From Lama guanicoe (taxonomy: Eukaryota), in contig MU054338.1 of NCBI GenBank assembly GCA_013239625.1, positions 4,551,371 to 4,615,370 of the forward strand: a stretch of DNA of 64,000 nucleotides, read 5' to 3'. Shown here in pieces: positions 51,558 through 63,990 of this stretch (position 1 is its first letter; each line of letters starts with the position of its first letter). The notes beneath the pieces were generated by a model. The model was not told the origin of the DNA. It did not search any database and saw nothing but the letters and a program-made list of their open reading frames with translations. Position numbers and translations under genes: made by a program.

Positions 51558-51793
51558 GTGCTGTGCTCCGTCACTGCAGGTGTGCTGCACCACCTCTACT
51601 TGGCCTCCTTCACCTGGATGCTCCTCGAAGGGCTCCACCTCTTCCTCACAGTCAGGAACCTCAAGGTGGCCAACTACATCAGCGCGGGGAAGTTCAAGAA
51701 GAGGTTCCTGTACCCTTTCGGCTATGGGACCCCAGCGGTGATTGTAGCTGTGTCTGTCGGTGTGGGACATGGCAATTATGGAACACGGACTCA
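51558..51793 (+). pseudogene. Paralog TM3-TM4 exon
   Basis: 236 nt like ADGRE4 exon 11; [29 protein letters not shown]...; cctccag / GTAAGC. Confidence 0.93.
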
Positions 51794-53447
51794 GTAAGCT
51801 CGATGTCTTTGTAACGAGGAAGTGATCATCTCTGTATGAACTCATATGTATCAAAACTCTGCCACCAGCGTCGTTCAAGGTGCTGTGGGTGCCCCAGGAA
51901 GCAAAACAGACAGTAATGAAATAGACATGCCCTATAACGTTAGGTACCACTGAAGAGAAGCGAACAAGGAAATGAGAATAGCGGTGGGGTGGTATTTTAA
52001 GTAGTGTGATCGGGGGCGCCACTGAGAGGTGAACTTTCAACGTCACGCATTACTTCATTTTTTGTGTGTCTTACTGTACTAGTTTCCTATTGCTGTGCTA
52101 AGAAATTAGCTCAGACTTGGTGGTTTAGGACGGTGCAAACTGATGCCCTTAGAGTTCTGTAGATCAGGAGTCCAACACTGATCTCACTGGGCTAAAATTC
52201 AAAGGTGCATTCCTTCTGGGGGCTCGAGGGGGAAAGTCCATTTCCTCTTTGTATGAAAGGCTTTTCCAGCTTCCGAAGGCTGCCAGCGTCCTTTGGCTGG
52301 TGTCCCCCTCCCTCTGTCTTCAAAGCCAAACCACTGCATCTCTGTGCCCATCCTTTACATCTCCTTCTGCTTCCTTTTCCCCTTCTAAGAAAATCTGTGA
52401 TTACATTGGATCCACTCAGGTAATCCAGGATAATCTCTGCATGTCAAGCTCTGGCAATTCAATCGCACCTGCAGGGTTCCTTTGGCTGCATAGGGCAACA
52501 TAGTCACAAATTCTGGGGATTCGTTCGTGGACATCCTTGGGGTAGGGAAAGGGTCACACTATTCTGTCTACCACAGCTGCCAATTTACTTCTTTCCTAAT
52601 TTCTTTTAATTTGAAAGATTAAATTTAGTAACAACTGAGCACTCCTGGGTTGAGGGTTGAGGTGACATTCAGAAAAAACACAATGTACTAAAGACTATCC
52701 ACTGAAGCAAGCAGTCAGCAATTTATTTTTGAAGTCCAACTGGAGAAAAAGCACACTGTCGTTTACGGATGAAAGTCAGAGTTAAATCTAAATATTATTG
52801 TTACTAAAAACCTGTTAACGGTCTATCCCAGTGGTTCTCAGTGAGGGGTGATTTTATTCCTCACCGGGGATATGTGGCAGTGTCCAGAGACATTTTTGGT
52901 TGCCACAACTTGGGAGGGGGGATGGCCAAAGAGGCTGCTAAACGTTTCGTAAGGCAGAGGGCAGCCCGACCATGAAGAACCATCAGCCAAGTTTGAGGAA
53001 CTCTGGTCTATTCAAAACCACTGCTCTGATTGCCATTGAATTCTATCATATAATGACTTTGCAACTCTCAGTGGATCTTATATGCTTACTCGAACAGCTT
53101 GGTCCACAATGCCTAGAACATAGTATGTCTTCAGTGAACGTTAATCACTAACTTTTCCTTTGTGTTACTGTTGCTACTATTATTATTATTATTTCTTCCT
53201 CCCTGACCCAGTTCCTGTGCCAATGTTTCCTCCTAAGTTTCAATTTAGGAAAGCTTTTTTCTTTTTCACTGAAGTACAGTCAGTTGCAGCGTGTCAGTTT
53301 CTGGTGTCCAGCACAATGTCCCAGTCACACATACATGTCCATGTATTCGTCTTCATGGTTTTTTAGGAGAACATTATTTTGAAGTTTCATCGCATTTGCT
53401 TCTTTTTATGAAGAGATGGGAAATTGTTGATCTATTTTTCCTTTCAG

Positions 53448-53514
53448 CTGCTGGCTTAACTTCCACAGAAGTTCTCTCTGGAGTTTTATGGAACCAGTTT
53501 TTGTTATTATTTTG
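53448..53514 (+). pseudogene. Paralog ECL2-TM5 exon (HCWLNFHRSSLWSFMEPVFVIIL)
   Basis: 67 nt; ctttcag / GTAGGT. Confidence 0.9.
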
Positions 53515-53809
53515 GTAGGTTTCTAATTTTCCTTTTACTTTGGATATAAAATATACCCAATTTAGTTGATGTGGTGGAGGGGTACTCTGAAAAAGACCTG
53601 TTTAAACTTCCTGGTGCATTCTTGGACTTCTTAAGACAGCACATGCCAAGGAATTATAAAACTTTTTATTTGTGGAAAGAATCCCACAGAACCCGACTGG
53701 GCTGAAACTGAGATGTTCCATGAATGGAAGTTTCTGACATTTACCTTCCTTACATCACCGATGCTTTGACTCAAAAAAAAAAAAAATTTTAGGCCAAGGC
53801 CAATCAGCT

Positions 53810-54690
53810 TTTAAAAATTTTTTAATAAGACCATTTAACAGGAGATCTACCCTTTTAACAAAAATGTAAGTGTACAATACACTATTGCTACCTTTAGGGG
53901 GTGGGGAGGTAATTAGGTTTGTTTGTTTGTTTGTTTGTTTATTTTTTAGTGGAGGTGCTGGGGATCGAACCCAGGACCTTGGACATGCTAAGCACATGCT
54001 CTACCCCTGAGCTGGACCCTCCTCAGTATTGTTAACTTTAGACGTGACCACAGATCTCTAGGAGTTACTCATTTGCATAACTGAAACCTTTTACTTATTG
54101 AAATACAGATCCCCATTTCACCCTCCCCTAGCCCCAGACAAACACATTCTACTCTCTGCTTCTGTGAATTTAATTTCTGTTTGACTATCTTAGATACCTT
54201 GTATAAGTGGACTCAGACAGTATCTGTCTTTCTGTGACTGGCTTATTTCACTGAGCATCACGTCCTCAAGGCTTGTCTCTGTTGTCACATACTGAAGGAT
54301 CTCCTTCTTTTGCGAGGCTGCACAGTATTCCATTGTGTGTGTGTGTCTGTCTGTCTACTATCATCTATCTCAATCCATCTCACATTTTCTTAATCCATTC
54401 ATCTGTTAATCCACACTGAGATTATTTCCACTTCTTGGCTATTGTGAATAGTGCTGAGTAAACATGGGACTGCAAATATGTCTTCGAGATTCTGATTTCA
54501 GTTCTCAAGGCTAAATACCCAAAAGTGGGGTGGCGGAAGCATAGGGCAGTTCTATTTTTAATTTTTTGAGGAACCTCCATGCTGTCTCCCATAGGGGCTG
54601 CACCAGTTTGCATTCCTACCAACAGTTTACAAGGTTTCCAATTTTCCACATCTTTGCTAACATTTGTTATTTTTTCATTTTTCAAATAAT
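53810..54690 (-). mobile_element. L1 3' end, antisense, with nested Vic-1-like SINE (about 53895-54023)
   Basis: L1 motifs plus ggggatcgaacccaggacc. Confidence 0.8.
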
Positions 54691-55298
54691 TTAAGACTCA
54701 CAAGAAGTTGCAAAAACAGTACAGAAAGTGCCAGGTACCTTGCCCCAGCTTCCTCCAGTGGTAACATTTTGCATAACCGTGGCACAATATCAAAACCAGG
54801 AAAATGATTTTGGTACAATAATACTGACTGGACTCCAGACCTTATTCAAATTTTATCTATGATTTAATAGAATATGTTTTGCAGACAGAATTTGATCATC
54901 GATCTTGGGGGTTTTTAATGGTCATACAAAAATGTTTAGTGCATAATTAAAACATTTTAGTATGTAAAAGGAACAACAATGACAAAAAGAAAAATTGAAA
55001 AGATAAACACCAAAATGAAAATAGTGTTTCTCTCTGTGTATGGAAGGACAGATAAATTCTGTATGTTTTTCTGCATTTTTCTAACTTTTGATAATGACCA
55101 TGTATTACTTCTCTGATCAGGAAAAAAAAAGAAAGAAAGAAAAGGAAGCAAGTTTAAAGAATCACTGTGTACATCCAGGGAGTTTCAGAAATCTTAAGCA
55201 CATATTGTATGTTTCTGGAATAAATTTCTATATCGTTTCTTATTGAAGTGTTGGGTATCAGCCTACGTTAAGCTCCATGCTTCATGTCACTTCTACAG

Positions 55299-55390
55299 AT
55301 CAACTTGTCCTTCTGTCTAACCACCCTGTGGATTTTAAGATACCAGCTTGGTTCTCTTAATAGTGAAGTTTCCAGAATGCAGAACACAAG
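55299..55390 (+). pseudogene. Paralog TM5-ICL3 exon (INLSFCLTTLWILRYQLGSLNSEVSRMQNTR)
   Basis: 92 nt; ttctacag / GTAAGT. Confidence 0.9.
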
Positions 55391-57228
55391 GTAAGTAGGC
55401 ATAGAGCCAGAAAATGCAAAGGAAGGAAGGGGTTTTTTGTTTGTTTGTTTGTTTCTTAGAAATTTTCACTGTACAAATTTAGGGCAGTGAAAAGTTAGGG
55501 CAATTTTCTGGGGATATTTTTGGTTGCCCTGATGTGAGATGGGGGATGAAGGGATGGGTGCTACTGACATCTAGTGGAGGGAAGCCAGGTTTGCTGCTAA
55601 ACATCCTATAAGGCACAGGACAGCTCCTCCCCCTATCCAATGTCAATAACACTGAGGTTGAGAAACCCTGAATTAGGGGAATAATGCCTGTGCTGTTTGC
55701 CCCATTTTTATGATTTGGGAAACTGTCGACTGAGAAAAAAAAAGTACAACCTATAAGTTGAGAATTATGTTTTATAGAGAGGACAAAACTGAGGACTTAA
55801 GCCCAGAAGGCAGTCTCTCAGACCAGATCCCTCTGAGGGACTGCTCTGAAGAGGTAAGGGAGGAGACAGGATGTACAGGAGTTTTCTCAACAAAGATCAA
55901 GTAGTCAGAACACCAAAAGATTTAGCACTTTTCTATGAACGGGAAGATGCAAGAGCCTGTGATCATTGAAATCATTACTCTGACGTGCACCTCAACTAGC
56001 TGGGGCCAGTATCCTGTTCCTTCCCATCCTGAGACCCCTCAGGGTGCACTGTTAGGGGCGGCTGCAGTGGCTGCTGGCTTGGCAGTAGGCAGCTCCTTTG
56101 GCTCCATCCTGAGTTCCCTTGGGGCTCACCCTCAGGGCGGCTGCAGTGGCTGCTGGTTTGATGGCCGCAGTGTCCTTTGTTTGCTGATACGGCAAGAAAC
56201 TTCTTTAATTCACAAACTATATGGTCCATGGGAAAACTATATGAACCTCTGAGGATGTATTTCCACAGAATCATTTGCAGTACTTAATATTATGAAATAT
56301 ACATTGTAATTAATATGATTGTGTTAACTTACTGGTGTATACAGATGATTATTAAGTACAGTAAGGACAACCAATCAGGAGATGGTTGCACTGAAAAGAT
56401 AGCCTGTTATACTCACAGATCCCAAGAGGAAGGGCGTGCTACGCTGGGAGGACCTGGGGAAGCACCAGAGTCTGTTAGAAGGCGAGGGAGAAGGAGAAAT
56501 TGTGGACAAGAGCCTTTACTGTGGTGTCTGCGGGAAGGGATGGACGAGGAAGGGGAAGCAGGTGTAGAACTGGCTGGTTTGAATAATTGCAGCAGGCTCT
56601 GGGGTGCAGGGGCTGAACTGAGTTGTCTGGTGCCTGGCTCTGGGATGATCAGGGCAGCAGGATAGTGCCTGGGACTGAGAGAGCCGAACAAAGGAGGTGT
56701 GTGAGGCTGTGGTCTCTGGACTGGTTTATTTGCATTTGAAAGGCATGCAAGTGGCCGAACCGTTTGTTATCTCTCTGAATTGGCTAAGTCCCAGGAGGGA
56801 AGGGCAGTCCCTCGAGGGCAGACCCGCTGTCAAAGCAGCAGAATATAAACTTTAAAAATAATAAAACAGAAATAAAAGACACAGTTAGTACACTTACAGT
56901 ATACAATAATACAAAGCCATCGTGTTAATGTTATGAACACTAGAACAGAAGCGACTTCATTATACCCAACACAAATATGTAAGTCTCTGCATGTGTGTAT
57001 TACCTTCTGAAAATGATTACTTGACATATATTGTCCATTATATGCCAGCGTGACGTACCAGTTAATCTCTTTACTATTCCTGCCAGTAGTAATCATCTTT
57101 AACAGCCTGACATTCTAAGGCAACCCAAGCCTCGAAGCAAGTGGAAAAGCATCGTATCGTGTGATGCAGGTGCTGAGATGAAGCTCGGAGTTGCGATGGA
57201 TGACACCCCTCCGTCTTGGTTTTGGCAG

Positions 57229-57409
57229 GATGCTGACGTTTAAAGCCATTGCTCAGCTCTTCATTTTGGGCTGTTCTTGGGGCCATGGCTGCTTTCTGGT
57301 TGAAGAAATCGTGGACCCCATCAGAACGGTGATTGCCTGTTCTTTCACCATCATCAATGTCCTCCAGGGCGTCTCCATCTTCCTGGTCTACTGCCTTCTC
57401 AGCCGCAAG
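57229..57409 (+). pseudogene. Paralog TM6-TM7 exon ([18 protein letters not shown]...YCLLSRK)
   Basis: 181 nt; tttggcag / GTAAAC. Confidence 0.92.
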
Positions 57410-57569
57410 GTAAACCCACCTGCCCGTCTAGACATTTGATTGCCTCTGGGTGTCTCACTTTTTACCAGTATTTTCTTTTCTCTTGGGTTTTTCCATTTCT
57501 TGGGGGATGGGTGAGGGCTCTTTCTTCCATACTTTATAATTGTCCTGGGTACCACTTGTTTCTTGCTTC

Positions 57570-58127
57570 TGAGACAGGAGGGAAGGGGGCAGGGCACATC
57601 CATTAGGGGAATGACACAGCAATTAGTACCAAGGTGGCAGAAGATTCCACTCCCAGTAGACCTTGAGACCCAAGATGGCGGGCGAGTTGACTTCCAGTAG
57701 ACCCTGAGCTTCATTATATGCTCATTGTAATATATTAACATGGTAAATGACACACCCACAACTGCCATGACAGTTCTGAGGCTGACCATAAAAGGTCAAA
57801 AGTGGGTGGTGGCCTGATGCCTGGGAATCCCTGTCCATTCCCTAAAATAGTTGGAGTAATCCTCCCACTTGTTAGCATATGAAGTTACCCAGCCCTAAAT
57901 CTAACAGCCCTGCACCTTGTAGTCGCTCTCTCTGGCCTTCTACGGTCCACACTCTGTCTGTGGAGTATGTATCTCTGAATAAATCTACCTTCACTCTACT
58001 ATGTCTCACCCTTGAATTCTTTCCTGTGAGAAGCCAAGGACCCTCACTTGATGGGGCGTGTCCCAGGGGCTCTCCTGGGGCCTGGGACATAGCCATCCTA
58101 TCCTCTTACCCCATTTTTCCTGTATCA
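57570..58127 (+). mobile_element. ERV1-type solo LTR with perfect 4-bp TSD (CTTC)
   Basis: cttc|TGAGACAGG...CCTGTATCA|cttc; internal AATAAA near 57978. Confidence 0.85.
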
Positions 58128-59046
58128 CTTCCAGTCATTTGAATCTGCACCAAAATAGCAGAAACTAGCTAGAGCCACATAAGGTCCACATTATCTGACA
58201 AGAAAAGAATAAAAAATGGGGACAACTTAGTAAATACTATAAAAAAAAGCCTTTTACTTGGAAAATACTGAAAAAGACTTTATCATGGAGGAAAAAACCC
58301 TACACTCTGAAAATAAGTTTGGGTTGTTAAATTTGAAAACTGAGTTTAAATCTGAGCTAATTCTTAAGATGAAAAGGGAATCAATTGAATGCTGATTTTG
58401 GAGGGGTGTGATTTTATGCAATGACGTGGGAGTAATGATACAATCTTTTTAATGTGATGCTCAACTTTTGCAAACTGCGGTTTTGCACAAATATTTTGGG
58501 ATTAATTAATTTTCCAATGGTCTCTGACTCCTTTGATAGTCTTTAACTTTTTGTTTGGCACGTCTATCTTGTCATGATTCTTTTTAGAATTTCACTTCTT
58601 AAATGATCTGGTGTAATTTGCCAGATTCTTATTTGCTTCTAAGAAGGGTTGACAAGTGCTTCTTAAAGGATCAGATAGTAAATATTTTTGACTTTCCAGG
58701 CAATGAGACTTCTGTGAGAGCTCTTTCTGAGTCCATTCTGCTCTTGCAGCGTGAAAGTAGCCATAGACAATATATCAATGAACAGGCAAAGCTGTGCCGA
58801 TAAAACTTTATTTGCAAAAACAAGTGGTGGTGTGTATTGAGCCTGGGTGTGTAAATTGCTGACCCCTGGTCTATTGTGTCTTAAGCAACTCTCCGAGATC
58901 ACAGTCAATGACTTCATGAGCTTGTGCGTGCTTTTTTATAAAAATTTCCATTTCTCTTTGCAATCAATTTGCATTGGGATTTATGGGTTAGATGTTTTAC
59001 TGTGTGGTGGAATTATGGGTGTAAAGAATCAAAATAAGCACTGCAT

Positions 59047-59190
59047 GGGAGGGAGGGTGTAGCTCAAGCAGTAGAGCGCAGGCTTAGCATGCACGAGGTT
59101 CTGGGTTCAATCCCCAGTGCCTCCTCTAAAAATAAATAAATAAACCTAATTATTTTCCCCTGCCCCCACCCCCATTTTTTTTTTAATTTT
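59047..59190 (+). mobile_element. Vic-1-like SINE
   Basis: gggagggtgtagctcaagcagtagagcgc...aaataaacctaatta. Confidence 0.9.
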
Positions 59191-59569
59191 TAAAAAGCAC
59201 TACATGGAATGCAGTTAATGCTCAATTATTAAACATATCTTCCTAGTCATCAAAATGAAGTAAATTAATTTTCCTCATTTCATTGCAATTTAAATTTAAA
59301 ATACAACTACAAATTGAAGGCAATTAACCTGTTAGAAACCATGAAAAATAAAACAGCAGGCAAAATGCACACAAATACAGCTATTACAAAACTTGTTAAG
59401 TTTAAATGTGTTTTAAAACACTAACACCAATGTTCAGTTATGCTTTTGAATAACCCTAAACGTGGTCTTTAGTTTCCAAAGGCTATGGTAATGTTACACT
59501 GTACTTATCTTGATAACTTCCTAGCAGTATGGTAATTTTATGAGATCCAACAGGATAAAAAATACTCGG

Positions 59570-60228
59570 TCCTAAAAGGGAATCCTCCTACGCTGCTGGT
59601 GGGATTGTAAATTGGTACATCCACTATGGAAAGCAGTATGGGGTTCCCTGAAAAACTAAAAACAGAGTTACCATATGATCCAGCAATCCCACTCCTGGGC
59701 ATATATCTGGAGAAAAGTCTAATTTGAAAAGATACATGCACCCCAGTGTTCACAGCAACATTGTGTACAATAGCCAAGACACGGAAGCAACCTAAGTGTC
59801 CATCACCAATGGGTGAATAAAGAAGATGTGGTGTATATATATAATGCACTGTGTGTGTAGACACAAAATGGAATATTACTCAGCCGCATAAAAGGATGAA
59901 ATACTGCCATTTGCAACAGCACAGATGGACCTAGAGGTGATCATATTAAGTGAAGTAAGTCAGAGAAAGACAAATGGAGTCTAAAATATGACACAAATGA
60001 ACATACTTATGAAACAGAAAGAGGCTCTTAGACATAGAAAACAAACCTATGGTTACCAAAGGAGAACGAGGTGGGGGAGGGATAAATTAGGAGTTTGGGA
60101 TTAGCGGACACAAACTACAAAAAAAAAATAGATAAACACGTCTTAATGTGTGGCACAGGGAACTACATTCAATATTTTGTAATGACTTATAATGGAAAAG
60201 AATCTGAAAAGGAATATATATATATGCA

Positions 60229-60265
<37 letters not shown>

Positions 60266-60490
60266 CACTTTGCTGTACTCCTGAAACTAACACAACAGTG
60301 TCAATCAACTATACTTCAATTTAGAAATAAAAAAGAAAGAAAGATTAAAAAAAAAGTGAGGGGAGGGTATATCTCAGTGGTAGAGCAAGTGCTTAGCATG
60401 CATGAGGTCCTGGGTTCAACCCCCAGTACCTCCATTAAAAAATAAGTAACTAAATAAACCTGATTACCTCCCCTTCAAAAAAAAATTAAA
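59570..60490 (+). mobile_element. L1 3' end followed by a Vic-1-like SINE (about 60358-60490)
   Basis: ccatatgatccagcaatcccactcctgggcatatatctggagaaaa...; SINE head gggagggtatatctcagtggtagagc. Confidence 0.88.
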
Positions 60491-60912
60491 AATGAGAGAA
60501 GTTACGCGAGGCTTTGGGAGTGGAGATGGGAATTTATTGCTTAATGGTTACAGGAGTTATGAGAACATTTTGGAAGTCGATAGTGATGACGGTTGCCCAG
60601 TATTGTGAATGTAATTAATGTCACTGAATTGTGCACTCAAACATGGTTGCAATGGCAAATCGTGTGTTATGTATATTTTTACACAGTAAAACTGTAGGGA
60701 AAAAAAAGAAAAAGGAGTTGATAATAAAATGCATTTTAGAAAACATTTATGGGAGGGTCATTATGGCCAATGAAGGAGACTGCAAAGGTGACCTAAGGAA
60801 CTTTTGAGAGAGGGGGGCAGGAACGCACGTCTCCGAGCTGCTGTTTCATAGCTCTCATCTCTAACTCACACTCCCAGAAGCGATGCCCACCTCTGTGTGC
60901 TTGCGTGCTCGG

Positions 60913-61008
60913 GTTCGAGGAGAATACAGAAAATGGCTCAAGCAGATGGAGGAGAGGACAGAAACTGATAGCTACGACTTGCTTGGCTCCACCACCCACA
61001 ACAGGACG
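60913..61008 (+). pseudogene. Paralog helix-8/C-tail exon (VRGEYRKWLKQMEERTETDSYDLLGSTTHNRT) with mutated acceptor
   Basis: 96 nt, aligns residue-for-residue with ADGRE4 exon 15; preceded by gtgctcGG instead of AG; donor GTAGGA. Confidence 0.85.
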
Positions 61009-62132
61009 GTAGGATTCTCCCTCCTCTGATTTCCCACCGCCTCCTGTGTCTGCCCCTCGTGATTTCATTCATTTGAGCATCTTGGTCCTTGCTTCTCAAG
61101 AAAGAAGTGGTCTTCACAGATCAGTATCATCAGCCAAGGATAAATCTTTCCAGAATCACTGGCACAAAACTCTGCTTTCCTATTTCAAGTCATTGCGAGC
61201 TGTTCTGGGGGCCAGAACATGGAATTTTTCTCTGCACGTCCCAGTGACCTAGAGCTGGTCTGGTTCACAAAAGCAGACACTCCAGGGCCATGAGCAACAG
61301 AAACATTAAAGAAAAATTTCTTATTTAAGTGCAATTTCTTCGTAAGTTCAGAATGGTTACTAACCTTGATGGATTCAAATAAAATTGATCTGTAAATTTT
61401 CTTAAAAAGAGAGATTGGGTCTCAAGACAGCAGCCATGGAAAGGACATAACATAGATGCCATTCCTGGTCCCTCGACATTTCACTATGAAAAAATTCAAA
61501 TGCAGAGAAAGTTATAATAATTTCACCATGAACACCCATATATGCACCACTTAAAGTTCATAACAGTTTAATACAGTGGCTTTATCTCATATCTGTTCAT
61601 CGACCCCTCCCTAATCAAAGCATTAACTTTTATTTTTACATCATCTGTATTTTAACTATTCAATCTGTAGCCTTCAGAAAGTGGAATCTGTTGCTTCGGT
61701 TCCTTTGAGGCAAATTATCCAAGAACAAATAAATAAATCAGATATATATATAAAATAGCCATGCATTGTGCTAAATCCTGGGGAGTCAAAAATTTCCCTG
61801 AAGATTAAAATCTTCCAGTGAAATGACTTAACACTAGGAAAGCAGGTGGAGTAACGCTGGCACACCAGAGGAGCCGTGTAAGCCTTTGTTAGATAAAAGC
61901 GACAAAAATAACAAAAGTTGGGTGAAACTGCAGTCTCCGCAGTGAGGTTCTGGGCAGTGACGGCGTGCGCGCCCCGCTCGGTATTTCTGTCCCCGGCTCT
62001 CTCATAAAGCCGAGGAGGCTGGGATGCCTGAAACCCACACATGCGAGTTTGTTTCTACACGAGGTACATTTTTATCTTTTGACCCTGAGTCCAACGATTG
62101 GCCAAGCATTTCTCCCGCTTTTGCTGTTTCAG

Positions 62133-62159
62133 GCTTTGGAAAAGGTCAGTGAGGAGTAA
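62133..62159 (+). pseudogene. Possible paralog terminal exon (ALEKVSEE*)
   Basis: Good acceptor ttttgctgtttcag; LEKVSE resembles LDKSSE of ADGRE4 exon 16. Confidence 0.4.
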
Positions 62160-63967
62160 ATGGTGTGAATCAGAGGCTAAGAATGAATGCGTTGCTATCT
62201 ATGTGCACAGGCTAGAGCGGAAAACTGGGAACGGTGCGGCTTGGGGGACAGCAGGGTGCAGGCGAAGTCGCATACGGAGAGAGGACTCCAACGGGTGGTC
62301 CTTCCGCTGAGAATGAGAGAAGAATGGATCTCACCAGCCGGAAGCTGTTGCAAGTGAAACGCTTCTAGTTCAGCCCAGCAAGCCTGCCCTTCCCTGACCT
62401 TGAGCAGGTGTTTCAGCTCCGGGGTCCTCAGTGCCGTCTGTCCAGTGAGGAGGCTGAAAGCATCTGATCTGGTAACAAGTACTCAGGGACAGCCTTCTCC
62501 GTGCTAGGCATCGTCCTGAGCCTTGAGAGGACAGTGATGAGGGGCAGAGGCTGCTCTTGCCTTCAGGGAGCTCAGAATGCGTGAAAAGATGGAAATGGAG
62601 AAATTCCCACACAAGGCAAGGGCCCCATGGGTTACCACTGTAGCAGCCAAATTCCTTGAAACCCGCAGCAGATTATCGTTTGATGCGATAACTTCTATGG
62701 CTCTTAGATTTTAATCTGGCAAACACCAGCTCACTTCTTATTTCATTTATAATTTTCACACTTGTAACGTGTTTTCTTTCCCTTCTGTCAATTTCCCAAG
62801 TGAAATGGTATAAATGGTGGACTTTCCTGGGAAGAGCAGCAATGGATCCTCATAACGTAACTTAACAAATGCTCGGATTCATTACCTGGCTTTCCTGGTG
62901 GTAGAAAGGAAGACCGAGTATCAAGCAACTTGTTAAAATCTGTTTGGAGAACTTTGCATCACACATTGGCTGTGTGGACAGAAATTATGTTTTCGTTCTC
63001 TAACGTGGCTTGTGAAACTTCATCATAAAATCTTGACTCAGACTCTCACACTTGTTACATATTTAGCTTATTTTTTTGTGGAAGCAAACTGTTTTCTTCC
63101 TTTTTGAAAAAGATTAAGGCTCTCTGCCCACAGATTCTCCAGACATGCTTGTCTGGTTTAGCACGAGTTTCAGCTCCTCGGTGTATTTTTCTGTTCTCCC
63201 TTATTGCTTGTAAATTGGATATTCTGATCCTTTGAAGAAGGGTGGGTCTTTGACGCTGGAGACTCAAGAGGAAAATATAGGGGAGAGAATTTTTTTAAAG
63301 CACTTGGTTGATTGGCTGATTTGCACAGTGTTTTTTTTTTAAATAAAAGTATATATAGTCAGTTTACAATGTTGTGTTAATTTCTGGTGTACAGCTTAGT
63401 GATTCATTTATATGTATTCCTTTTCATATTCTTTTTCATTATAGGCCATTACAAGGTATTGAATATAGTTCCCTGTGCTATACAGGAGGGCCTTGTGATT
63501 TGCGCAGCTTTGAGGAACTGGAAAATGCTGAATACTGACATCAGTGCTACTCCTAGCAAAGAGTGTCTCCAATTACTTTTACATTTTACTCGCATAATAT
63601 TAGAATTTGAAGTTATCTACAGCGTAAAATTTTCACATCCGTGGCACGTCACTAAGGTATTTGACGTGAACTTTTCCCATTACTCAGAACAATGCAGTTC
63701 TCCAGAAATTAACACAACATTGTAAATTGACTATCCTTCAATTAAAAAAAAAAAACCTTTAAGATTTGGATTAAAAACAAACAAAACAGCTTTAAGACTG
63801 GGATAAAAAATGTAGTTCTTTTTTTTAAAAAACAATTTATAATAAGAACTGAATGATGTATAGTTTTTCTGTAGCCAATTGCTCACTTCGTCTGGATATA
63901 CTCTCATGTTCTTAACTCTATTTACAATCTAAATTTGTATTCTTTTATCAAAGCCTCACAGAATTGC

Positions 63968-63990
63968 TGTGTGTGTGTGTGTGTGTGTGT
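63968..63990. repeat. (TG)n microsatellite
   Basis: Direct inspection. Confidence 0.9.

Larger units (their letters stand above)
38713..62159 (+). pseudogene. Unprocessed pseudogene of a divergent ADGRE (EGF-TM7) paralog with ADGRE1-like stalk, ADGRE4-like 7TM and no detectable EGF exons
   Basis: About 14 exon remnants in family order with family-typical sizes (31, 236, 67, 92, 181, 96 nt are identical to ADGRE4). Lesions: TGA 40340, TAG 46304, frameshift near 46330, no TM1-2 exon, GG in place of AG at 60911-60912. Confidence 0.85.

Noticed and set aside
38713..62159. Paralog as a functional gene, a soluble decoy, or alternative 3' exons of ADGRE4
   Set aside because: It has multiple independent lesions, with the first stop very early in the stalk. 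It has its own candidate first exon, and ADGRE4 already has a complete exon set.
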